The notes beneath the pieces were generated by a model. The model saw only the letters and a program-made list of their open reading frames with translations. It was not told where the DNA came from and searched no databases. A DNA stretch of 60,046 nt, filler included, from Hausera hauseri (lineage: Eukaryota), in the NCBI GenBank assembly GCA_046269625.1. It is 8 parts of 8 records of this genome, joined end to end, with 100 filler letters (N's around TTAATTAATTAA, not from the genome) between each part and the next. Parts side by side here need not be neighbours in the genome. Positions count along the whole stretch, not along the records: positions 10,303 to 21,251 come from JBJURY010139982.1; positions 21,352 to 30,769 come from JBJURY010382146.1; 6 more parts are not named here. One strand, written 5' to 3'. Positions 13,301 to 24,831 of the stretch are shown here, piece after piece; position 1 is the first letter of the stretch; every line of letters begins with the position of its first letter. Position numbers and translations under genes: made by a program.

Positions 13301-13858
13301 ATGGGAGTGAAGCCACGTTTTACTAGACTTTTCATTATCTATGAAGTATTCAGTGCAATGTGTAAAAGTATGGACAGGATTTTTGTTTGAAGAATTTGTG
13401 TCGGTTTAAATATATGGATGATTTGGTATGGTGTAGTAGAGGATGGGTATTGGCTTTTTTGTGGTGTTTGTATCCGTGGTGTCAGTGATTGGCGGAGAGT
13501 TTATTCAACCACGGATACGGAGATGTATGTTGAAGCAAGCGTGATTTAAAAAAGAAGGTAAAGTTTCGTTGAGATGTAGGATAACGTCGTGATGGGTGAG
13601 GTAAAAGTCAGAAGAACCAAGGAAAGAATAAAGGTGGGTTTGAAGGGTGGGAATGTGTGAATGTGTTGAATTGAGGGTGTAGATGTGTATGTTGTTATAA
13701 AAAAAGACAATGGAAGTGGGAGCAGTGGTGGGCCTAAGGGCATTATGTGGGCCGACGCAGAAGGCGCCGTCCTACCGACCGGCGCAGGGTTGGTGGTCGG
13801 AACCTCCGCCCCTGCATTGCGGGCACCAAACTGCAGGGTGCCCAAGATTCCCCTCAAA
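10303..13858 (-). mobile_element. Ty3/Gypsy (CsRn1-like) retroelement, 5' part: terminal unit, gag, protease, RT, RNase H; decayed
   Basis: gag ~12593-13400 ends in CYYHSRFNTNSQECCLG* (CHCC-type knuckle, last Cys lost). Protease FLINTGAAISLLP (catalytic D->N). RT SPWSSPLHVV/RPCGDYRQLN, KTAVTTPFGLY, HPYIDDVLV. RNase H RELLAI, TDHKPL, NLVADFLSR. Several frameshifts. Confidence 0.93.
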
Positions 13859-15056
13859 CCGCGTAATATATTTGATAAATACGTCCGTTTGTTTAATTGG
13901 TATTGCACGTTTTGTAGCGTTAATACATGATTGTGAAGCGGTTGAAATGAGCGCATAGGGATCAATGAGTAATTTCAGATTGTTCCGAGACTCGAATCTT
14001 CGAACATCTGCCCATCTGCATATGGGAATTTCGGGCATTATTTGGACAATTAACTTATAAATATCGCCATGGATAGGAACGTTATGTGGTATTTCATCGA
14101 TAATAATTTCGTGTCCCGAGATTTAAGACACGAGAGCGATTTGAAAGGGTGACTTGGTTAATAACTATATAGATTGAGTTAAGTTTTGGGACTTGTTTAA
14201 ATAGAAAGGATAAAGTGAAGTCGTTGTAATCCTTTACCATTGTAATAAACGTTGATAAAGGCAATTGCTCGGGTAACTTTTGGAATTCATAGAGATCATA
14301 ACCATAGACCTTGTCGAGGTTTATCTGTAGCTCAGACCCTATCACTTGTTTAAAATGAAGAATGTTTTATTTCAAATTAATCGGTGGCGACTTATATCGC
14401 AGACGCATCAGTTCATCAATTTTAGCTTCGTTCGCATCATCACATGTATTTCCTCGTAAGATTTGAGGAATGTAAGCCTGAAGAGTAGTATTATTTTGCA
14501 ACTTTGGTGCTTTCTTTTTGTAAAGTTTAATAATATGAACACCGTATTTAATTCGTTCAAAGACCTTTTTATCTAATGTTTCCATTTGACTAATATTCAT
14601 TAATTTCAAATTATTAACGAACAGATTATTTTCATCGAACGGAAAAAACTTTACCTCGATGTCGAGAGCAGCCTGAAACGGAATGTAAAGATATTTATCC
14701 CGTCTTTATTCACGTAAGCATCGATCACCGGAATATTCTCCACCGTTCATTGTGAAACATTCGGGTGACAAAATGTTTTAGATGGATTTGATGCGATATT
14801 CCATATCCTTTGTACACATATTCGGACGTTTGTCCGGTAAAATAACCGATTTTGAATCTAAAACATCGACGAACCCTGAAAAATCCTGAACAGGGTTATC
14901 AGGAATATACAATGATTTCCGTCGCCTTTTACATATTGGTTCTTCGTGGTCAGATTTTAGTGACGTAAAACGGACATTGTGATTTTCATTCATTTCTAAA
15001 ATTTTTGATTCAATGCAAGAACTTCGAAGAAAATATTTGGGGAATTCTGACCCCAA
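13859..15056 (-). pseudogene. Unknown protein gene (~440 codons), three in-frame TAA plus one frameshift, interrupted by the Gypsy element
   Basis: ORFs 14778..15056, 14367..14609 and 14094..14345 share one frame, with TAA at 14778-14780, 14706-14708 and 14367-14369. A frameshift near 14110 leads into 13772..14038. The frame continues at 19327..19190 after excising the element. Confidence 0.6.
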
Positions 15057-17908
15057 TTTGTTGGATACAAAATTATCAGATAATACAAAAATTCCAAGAG
15101 TAAATACGGCAAATTTGTCAAAAATTCAAAATAGACAAGACAAAATGGCTAAATGATAACTTGAAAAAAAATGCGCCTAAAGTTTTTTATTACTTATTAA
15201 AACAAAATCTTGTTTCAACAACATAAGCATAATAAACAAACCTCAATAATAAACGTTCACAACTAAATTATGCGAATTCAACACTAAAAATCAATTGATC
15301 CATTGCAGTGTTTTACAATTTAGTATTCCTCCTGCAACACTAACATTTAAAAGAGGCAAACTTAAAATTAACAGTCTAATGTGACATCTAAACAATATTT
15401 TCTCTGCATGGTTTCACTGTTGTCAGCAAGAGAAAAATGCACAAAAATAAGATAAATACAAAACAAAAAATTAAATTAATCTTTACAAAAAACGCGCAGA
15501 CCGTACGAAAAAAGAAGTACACATACACAAAAAACCACATGACATAAGTAAACTCGTAAATTTATTAGTCCTACAAATAAATGCAAAATGAAATGATCAC
15601 GGACTGTAAAGAGCCAGTGCCGGTTGATTGTTACGACGGAACTGAGTTAACAGGCGCAGTGGAATACCGGGACCCATTTTGGGCCGAAGAAATATTGCTG
15701 CTCTGTTTGTATTTTTCAATAACTCTTCTGGCGATATTGTAACATTTGTTGGCACAGGGGTCGAACGTCAACCTTTGATAGGTGTCAACATATAAAGGTT
15801 AAATTTGTGAGTGAGCCTAGAGATAATTTATCAATTTATACGTGTCTTTCATCAGTCTCTCGAGGGCCTCTTCCGATTTTTAATGAGTATTCTCATATAA
15901 TTTTAAAGAATCATTCTGCTAATTATATGATTTGGTAATTATTGTAAATTTTCTTGTCATTGCTTTAGTCTCCTTCTGATTCGTGAGTTTAGCTTAATTC
16001 TTCAATACCTAATATTGGAGAGGGTATTTTTAATTATTTAATTTTACAAGAATGTATATGAATCCTATACAACGTTTGAATAACATTGTATTAAATCATA
16101 AAATATACTTATTTATCCTCTTTATCTTCTCGATTTGCCGTTCGAACATATCCGTGTGTATCCTTGTTGGAAATGTATGAGTTCCTCACCTTCGTATATG
16201 CTGATAGCATTCATTTGGACATAGGGTTCATCTCTGATAATGACTTAGGTCGTCCTTCATTGCTTTATTCCATATTCTTACTCCACCATATATCAATACG
16301 CATAAAATATAGATGTTCGCTATAACACAGGTAAGGCGTAACCAGCAATAAGGGAAAACGAATGTTACTTCTACGCATAAAATAAATCTCTATCCTTTCA
16401 TCGTAATAACACAAATGCAACACATAGTTGAACGATATTATCTAATTCTCACTTAAATTTATTGTAGAGACAAAATCTAACAGAACTCTGATTATCACTT
16501 TTATTAAAAGGCATCATTGCCTCTGATCTGTGACGTAGAAAGGTCTTGGATGTATACAATAAAGGAATAGTTCAATCTTTTAAATAATCATTAATCCAAT
16601 ATAACGATCTATGGCAAGTTGCAAACAATATTTAATATTACTGACTTAAGATCAAAGTTGGGTTTACATTTAATTCTGTTACAATTTATAAGGAGTACAA
16701 TCATTTCAATAATCATCTTAATCTTATCAATTTCATTAAATTCTTTCAAATTACCTTTAGACATGCTAATCATTATGTTCTGGTTTCATTCTTTAAATAA
16801 TACCAACGACAACCAAATTACTCTAATGGTAATTATTGTACTCCGAAAGACTCTCAATTATTCCTTTTTCCAATCAATATTAATGTCCAGCGAACCTGGT
16901 TCGAATGTGCATTCATTCATTACAACTGACATCCCATAAGTTAAATAAAATAACACTCCTTGCTGTAATCTATGTTTGCAAGATCACCATTGAACAAAAA
17001 CGTATTCATTTATTTGCTCCTAAATATATTGTCAAGACATGGAACGAGGTATCCATTCATCCGTCCGTGATAATGAATCCATGGTCCTTCTATTAAACGC
17101 AAAGATGCTTATTAACGAATACAATCTGGCGCGCGAATCGTTCACTACCCAGTCGACATTAACTAATCATAGGTGTTTACGAATCGAGTCTCGCTCTTTG
17201 TCATCTGATCAACATCAATGTATACTCTTTCCGTAGACGCATTTCTTTGGCTTGGTTCGTTCTGAATATGTAATCTAGAAGTTACGCAATGTTTTCGTTA
17301 CTTGCATTCCAGAAACTGTCATCCAATTTTGAAATTGGTACAACACTCTTTTTCAACCTTTATTATGGTAGATTAATCCACATAATTATCTAAAATCAGT
17401 ATAAAATTCATCAGGTAATTTCAGTTTCGATTTATAAATTTTTATTATACTACAAAGTACTACAACAAATATAACATGCGGCATTTCGGGGATGACGAAT
17501 TAACACAATTTATTAGCCTTACTCATAATACTTTAAAATCAATACATCATTTACCCTAATTTTCTTCATTAGGTTGTTGCTGACCATTATCTCTAGCTGC
17601 CATGACGTATCTTCGTTATTTCGTAGTAATAGAGTTCCTTTCGGTATCAATATCCTAGCACTATGATTGTTCGGCGTCCTTTGAAAACAACGGTTTCGTA
17701 AGAATTCACGATTGGTTCTAATTAATTCTAAACTATTCTCATATAATATAGCAACAAAGACAGGTCACTCTACCTGTGGCTATTATACTGTATTTCTACA
17801 AGATCTAATTTTCGTATCTCACGTAAGCAATTCTATTGTACTGTGTTGTGCTGTGTGTTTTTGTATTCAAATACTTAGCCTATTTATACCTATTCCAAGT
17901 TTATGCAA

Positions 17909-18082
17909 TGACGTCAATATTCGTACTAATGATTTCTAAATTCAATTCCTAAATTGACGTCAATCTGACGAACTTTGAATTAAATTCGTGTAAATGATGA
18001 TGAAATGACGTCAATTCGACGATTTTCAAAGTGTAAATGACGATTTCTAAATTTGATTACTAATGTAAATAAAATGACGTCA
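17909..18082. promoter_or_regulatory. Cluster of four TGACGTCA (CRE/ATF) palindromes in degenerate AT-rich repeats
   Basis: TGACGTCAAT at 17909, 17955, 18006 and 18075, interspersed with recurring GTGTAAATGA and ATTTCTAAATT. Confidence 0.5.
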
Positions 18083-18383
18083 ATTAGATATTCGTGTAAA
18101 TGATGAATTGATCATTTCTAAATTAGATTCATTTTCAATGAAACAAATAAAATAATTTGCACTTTTCAAATTCAAATTAATTTATTGGTGGTTGCAATTG
18201 TAGGGGTTCACAAACAACTCAACAATTAACAGCACAATAAAAACGCCCATCATGGAGGCTTAACAGTAATGTTAAAGATTTATCAAAACAGAAAATAGAT
18301 CTGTTAAATTGTCTCAAAATTCTGTTAACAAAAGTCTGTTAAAGTTATCAATCAAAAATCAAAGTTATCATCAAATAGATTTG

Positions 18384-19030
18384 TTAATGTGTCTCAACAC
18401 ATTCGCTGCTGATGGTTTTCTGTGGCAGACACGTCCACGTTCCATCATCGTTGACATGGACTGGCTGCAGATCTTCGGTAAAGTATTTGTCAACGATTCG
18501 ATAGACCCGCTGTTTCTTCACTTCGAGATTATTGGTTTGCGCAGAACTTGTTGATTCGTCAACCCGACGGATTTTATTGCTTCTTGGTTGAATTTGTGTT
18601 TCATCCACTGAACTGGAATCATCGTATTTCCTTCTCTCACGACGCGCAACACGTTCGGCTCGACTAAATCTGAAACTGCTGGCGGTAACCGATTGTGATC
18701 TTGTGTACTCATCGGAACTCAATCTGTTATTTTGGGATACGGATTGTTGGGAATTTGGGGATTTCTCTGTTGATTTATCGATTAATGCCACATCTTGTTG
18801 CAGTTGTTCTTGTTCTTTGAAGAAAATCGTACGTCTTCTAAATTCCTCAGGAGATTCTCATAGGCTTCTTGTTTGATACATTTTGATGGTAACGATTTGT
18901 GTAAATCTGATATTTCTTGGATGAGACCAGATATTTCATCTAAGTTGTGAGCAACGAGTTTTAGATTGTTTTCAACGGGACTTGTTATTTCGGGTTCTTC
19001 TTTATGGTTTTGATGATAATTAACGAAATA
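18384..19030 (-). pseudogene. Hypothetical Ser/Arg/Gln-rich protein, frameshifted
   Basis: 135-aa ORF 18384..18791 plus an upstream open stretch in another frame (HKEEPEITSPVENNLKLVAHNLDEISGLIQEISDL). AATAAA on the minus strand at 18181-18186. Confidence 0.35.
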
Positions 19031-19330
19031 CTAGAAATGAAGATGTATGTTATAATGGTAAGACGGTTTCTTGAATCTCAAAAATTAGTAATCAACTGAA
19101 TGGGCCCCATTGTCCAGTTGCAACATAAATTGACTGGCTAGAATAATAGCAACGAATAATAATAAAGTAAAGAAAATAGTAGAAGATAATTATGCCCTCA
19201 TCTCCAACCGGCTCCCGAACCACTGATCGACTGAGAGAGTGGCAGCGGGGTGACAGAGGAAAAATGGCGATAGAAAATTCATTAGTCCATATGAAACGTA
19301 AAATATATCCAGTGCGACATAGTTGTGCCG

Positions 19331-21251
19331 TTTTCGAGGCAAAAAATCGGGGGCTCGCCTATGTGTCCGACGTGCCGGCAGCAGAAAACCCGGCCATGCC
19401 CAACCGAATGGGCCGGAGGGCGAATCATCGACGCGGGCACCACACCAACCCCCGTGGCAAAGTTAGAACTATAAAGGATAAAAGAAAGAGAAAAAAGCGC
19501 AAAACGAAAAGTGTGTGTTAGCTGAGCTTAGTGTAAATAAGGTGTTGAATACCTTTGACTGATTTTTCCATACTATATTGACTGAATGTGACTCTGCGTG
19601 TTGTGTGTTTGTGAAGTGTGTCATTTTGCAGAGATTGGGGCTGGGAAAAAATTGGTAGATTTTGGTGTAGGTGTTGTGTCGTGCGAAGATAAATCAGAAG
19701 AAAGAGAAGAAGACGAAGAAGGAAGAGTGATTGTTGAAGATGGAGGGTTAAAGGTATTAAAAAGAGTGTTAGAACACGAAGGAATGATGAAAGGTGTAGT
19801 GGTGGACAGAGGAAGAGCGAAAAAGTTGGAATAAAGATTAGAGTTATGTTAAGTAAAAGAGTGGAAGAGGAAGATAATACTGAGGGAGTGGTAGGAATAA
19901 AAGTAGAAAGTGTAATAAATGATGAAGCAAGACTAGGCGCAGGACAGGAAGGTGGAAGTGGTGTAGCGATAGATGTAATGATAGCAGGGAGTGGAGGAGT
20001 AAGACAAGAAGTTTATATGTCAGTTGGTATGGTGTCGTCGACAAAGAAAGCCGGCTTTAGGTTGGTGATGTGTACTGTGAAGTCTCTGCCGTCTTTGGAG
20101 ATGATGGCGTTATGCGAGTGTAGCTGTAACAGTTTGTAGGGCATTAGGTACCGTGGCTGGAAACCGCAAGGAGTTTAATTCTTCAGCCATACGAATTTAG
20201 CCGTGTACAAATTTAAAGGTAAGTATGTTTTATCTTTTTGAAGTATCATGCAAAACGAATTCTTGCTGACCTCGACGAAGTAATTTTGCGCCGCCCATAT
20301 CGTCTCATCTGTGGGAGTGTCGTCTAGAATGGTTACTTCGAATAATGAACGGACAAGAGCTCCGAATAAGGCTTCAGTAGGTGAGCATCGTGTAGAAATG
20401 GACGGAGTGTTCCGCCAGACAAGCAGAACGAACGGAAGAAGATTTGTCCAACTACTGTTGGACTCTGCAAGAATTCTTAGTGACGTTTTCAATGTACGGT
20501 GGAAACGTTCTAAGAGGCCATTCGATTGGGGATGATAAGGCGCAGTATGTGTGTGATGGATAACCAATCGGTTAACAAGAGATTTGAACAGGTTGGATTC
20601 AAACTGTGAACCCTGGTCCGTGATGATGAAGCGAGGTGATCTAAACCTGATAATCCATGTGCGAATGAAAACGTCAGCTATGGTATCGGTGTTTGTGCTC
20701 CGCAGAAGGATGGCTTCTGGCCATCGCGAGGAACGATCCATCATGGTAAGGATGAATTGATGACCGTTGTCTGAAGGAAAAGAGCCAACAATGTCAATAT
20801 GCACGGACTCGAAACGCGATGTGCAGGGGAAGTGGAATAGTGGTGGCTTTATATATTTAGTTGGTTTGTATTTTTGACATGCCACACACTCCTTAACCCA
20901 TGCCTGCACATCAAAACGCATTGACGGCCATATTACTTGTCGATAAAGTAGCCGAAAAGTGGCTTTAGCACCAGGATGGCGTAATAAATGTACACGGTGA
21001 AATGCTTGCCTTTGCAATGAAGGTGCTAAAATTATTACTAAATGGCCTAATTTGGAAGTATCCAAAGCCACGCCGTCAACGATTGTGCCAGATTTAAAAG
21101 ACTTAAGCATGTCGTGAGATGGCTGGTTCTGTTGAAGTTGTTCTTGCGTAAAAATCGCAGAAAAACTAATTGAACTAACCGACCTAGATAAAAAATCAGC
21201 AACTAAATTGTTAACTCCGTTAATATGTTTAATATCGAAGTTAAATGTCGA
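19331..21251 (-). mobile_element. Ty3/Gypsy (CsRn1-like) retroelement, 3' part: integrase, S/P/T-rich tail, 3' terminal unit
   Basis: Integrase ORF 20175..21110 has HHCC (HLLRHPG...CVAC) and D,D,E (VHIDIVG, IITDQG, GLLERFH). G-rich tract (plus 19445-19454) precedes TGTGG at 19444. Joins the RNase H at the contig start through the 77-bp overlap. Confidence 0.93.
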
Positions 21252-22179
21252 NNNNNNNNNNNNNNNNNNNNNNNNNNNNNNNNNNNNNNNNNNNNTTAAT
21301 TAATTAANNNNNNNNNNNNNNNNNNNNNNNNNNNNNNNNNNNNNNNNNNNNTACAAGTTCTACAAGTACAACATTTTATGCTGATTAATAATAGGAAAAA
21401 ATATTTGGTAAATAAAGTTAAGATTATGCAATATGGGCTTCTAAACATTACGTCATTTCGCACTTCTCCAATTTCCCCTTAATATGAAGAATTTTGTGAA
21501 TTAACAAACTTTTTGATGTTTTTTCGACCATTAATATTTGATTAATGGTGTTTTCTTCATATTTCGTTGACCTAATAAATATCCATCTAATATTTGAATC
21601 ATAATATGGCTCAATATTTATATCGAATGAAGAAATATTAGTGATGTGACTGATAATTAGACAAATGCAGTGGACTTTGACATAACATGAACGACAAACT
21701 GGAAAAATATTGGTTAAACAAAGAAAAAAAATTTTATGAAATTTCAAAATTAATTAAGCAGCATCTGAAGAAATAATCAGAAATTACAATGGTGTCAGAA
21801 AATTTTTGAAGACATGTCAGTTAGTTCTGTTTTACAGTTTTGTGTAAATTACGTATTATTACTGGCTGGTCAAAATTTTCAATTTGGCTAATGAATTTGT
21901 AGCGCAGTTAAAGCACATTCAACCACATATAGAAAATTTTCTGTCGTTCTATACTGAAACAGCAATTAAAGAAATACTGGAAAGGGTATTTGAATTTCAG
22001 AAATTACTACGGCTATACACGGACATTCCGGACACTTTCACTCTATTCTCGTTCGTGAACCTGGTACACGGTTGGATAAGAATTGTAATTGTGTACGAAT
22101 CGTTCGACAATTATTTTTTTAATATCCCTTTTATTGAAACCTTCTATTTTTTGTTGTTGTCATATTTTTTAGTCATAAA

Positions 22180-24470
22180 ATGTCTGATAATGACACTAAT
22201 CTTAACGTAGCTGGAGAAATAGTAAATATTGAGGTACGATTCGTTGAAGAACTATACAATGTTCGAGAATCCAAATTTCATTTCAAACATATCCATGATT
22301 TGTTGAGGTCAGTTGAACTTTCAGATGCGCACTTAGGAAAAGATCACATGTCTTTATTTTTTGTTACTACTTTGGCAAATGGAATATTAAATGAAAATAC
22401 ATATATAACCAGTAATGAAATCGGTGATGTTCAACCACCAGACTCTGTTCCACCTATTTTAAATAATAATTTCCATTTGAATAGTCCTCTATTAATGTGT
22501 CTTCATCCAACGGATTCAGTAATAATGCCAAACCAGTGCTTATTGTCACTTCATTATAGGCCTTTAATGGCTATCAATCCCGATGAATCTAAGGAACGAC
22601 AAATGTTTATTTGGAATACTATCTTTTTGTACTAGGTTTTGATATTAAAGATCATTACACAGATTTTGCCGGTGATGCTGCGGCTTATGTTGCTAACATA
22701 AACGACCTGAATGGCTTATTCTCACTCAATATTCCCGGTCTTTTTACATTTGGAACATCAGTTATAGATTACGCTGGCTTCCGTGTCACTGCTGAAACTT
22801 TAGTTCCGGGAATTCTGGAAAAGGAACAGGACGAATCAGTTGTTTATGGATCTTACGATTTTGGGAAAACTGTTGTTTATGACGAACGGTTTTCGGAGTT
22901 ACTGGATAAACCAGACGGAGAATTGAATTTATTGCCCCATAAAGTTGTAAGTAAGGATACCACAGATGTCCTGTTAAAGTCTTCCATCAAATGTAAAGGA
23001 ATTATTTGCAATCATAAACGAATTTATATTCTTGATTTGCTCTTTCCAGTCCACCTGATGTTCATTATCTTGGTGGAACGTTTGATCCAGACAATTCTGT
23101 GGGTCTGCGTACATTGACAAAGGATGACTTGAGTGTTGATATGGCAGAATTGGGCTATCCATTTGCCCATAGACATAAACTAGCGGTATTACGATTAGTA
23201 TTATTAGAAACATTCTGTGAATATCGTTATATATAATTTCTTCATCATATTGATGAAGCTAAGATTACATTAAAGGATTCCATAATGGAAAATCACGATA
23301 AACAAATCGAATTGACTGAGAATAAAACGATAGATGATTTGAAGAAAATCGCTGACGAATCCATTGAATCGGGATATGATGAGTCAATGATTAAACAATT
23401 TGTTGCTAAATCCGGTAAAACTGCCTGATCTTTAAATGATTCTAAGGTTGTGATAAAATTTATTCCGGACGCGTATCATATTGGCATTACCGTACCGGAT
23501 ATTAAAAGGTTCAATTTGGATCGCGATAGGAAATTATTGAAAGAAACCAGTGAATCTCTGGTTAAAATCAAACTTCCACAGTTGATCAACGACTGTTTGG
23601 ATGAACTCTTCACACCGCAGGACGGTTGTAGTTTAGTTCATGTCATGCATCAGAAGGGTATTAACGTACGCTACCTAAACAGACTCATTGAAACTATCCC
23701 GTTTACTGTCAGTCTCAGCTGGCTTAAAACTTTGGCAGTCAGTGAAACGTTAGTCAGAACAACAAAGCATTTATTCGAATGTTATCTCCGACTCGTCGAT
23801 CCGATGAACATGTCGGCGTCAACTGCTCACCTTTTGAATTGTTTCCTTTCATCTTATTCACCCCCGGTCCCGTGCACCAATTCCGAGGAAGTAATGAAAA
23901 TGAACAAAAGCAAAAAAAAGAACAAACGGAACAAAGTCAAGTCATCAAATGATGGAAATTTCGAGTCTTGGTTAACGGAAACTCAACGTTTGTTGTGGTC
24001 AAACATTAAAGAAGAAGCTGGCAATTATTATCATTTTGATATTCAATACTCAGATATCGACGAATTTTGTCAGTCATACAGGGTGTCGAGAATCACTTTT
24101 TGATACACTTCTTTTTGGCAGTCGGGATTCCATTGTTACCTCGTTATTTTGTGTTTGATCAGAAAACCAAACAAACGTTCAACGTTGAAGATGTGATAAA
24201 TCTGTTTCCCATTGTCAAGCATTTGAATTCCCTGGCATCCGACGCTTCCAAACTGTTCAATTCTGGTCAGACTCGCATTTCCCACGGGAATTTTCCCGCA
24301 TGCCGTGACTTGATTAATGAAACCCTTAATTTTCTCAATCAAGTTTTTGGATCACTACATCCAGATGTTGCATCGTGTAATAGACTGCTGGCTCATTTGA
24401 GTTACGTAATTGGCGAACATCAGGCAGCGATCATGTATCGATATCGGGAAACAATGATCAGTAAACGTGT
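22180..24470 (+). pseudogene. CLUH: Clustered mitochondria protein (CLU/CLUH) homolog, intronless, frameshifted, internally deleted and 3'-truncated
   Basis: EELYNVRESKFHFKHIHDLLRS; MAINPDESKERQMFIWNTIF/LGFDIKDHYTDFAGDAAAYVA; TFGTSVIDYAGFRVTAETLVPGILEKEQDESVVYGSYDFGKTV; PQDGCSLVHVMHQKGINVRYL; TPR region LNQVFGSLHPDVASCNRLLA. Confidence 0.9.
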
Positions 24471-24831
24471 TTTATTCAAAACTTTGCATTCTGAATATTG
24501 TGGTTCATACGACGAAGCGTCGGAAGCGTTGTGTGTGACCGTTGAATATTACGAGTTTTGTAATCGTCTTATTCTGCTTTTGAACCCACATATTTCATAT
24601 CCCGGATCTACTGTGTGTGCCGACTTGCTCCAAAAGGGACCATGTTTTGATATCATTCAGTTTAAAGGATTCATATCCACTGACACAACATCATATTCAT
24701 ATGCACCTCCTTTAAACAGCCCTCAGATGTGGTTGTCACTTAAAATCGCTATACTTAGAGAATTCAGATATTTGTTCACATAATCCACTAATGCTTTCAC
24801 CATCCCTGAAATAAATTCTTCATCCGAGAGA

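Noticed and set aside
9600-14780. Variant genetic code (TAA = Gln), suggested by TAA at the conserved NR Gln and three in-frame TAA in one gene
   Set aside because: The same regions also contain TGA stops, frameshifts, insertions and mutated catalytic residues; CAA>TAA decay is sufficient. Intact expressed genes would be needed to revisit this.
16100-17700. Possible old retroelement remnant in the looped unit
   Set aside because: Only vague motif-like fragments; no diagnostic residues could be read.
19331-19444. Terminal unit as a hammerhead or HDV-like ribozyme
   Set aside because: No CTGANGA/GAAA core with flanking stems and no nested double pseudoknot found by eye; structured, but unassigned.
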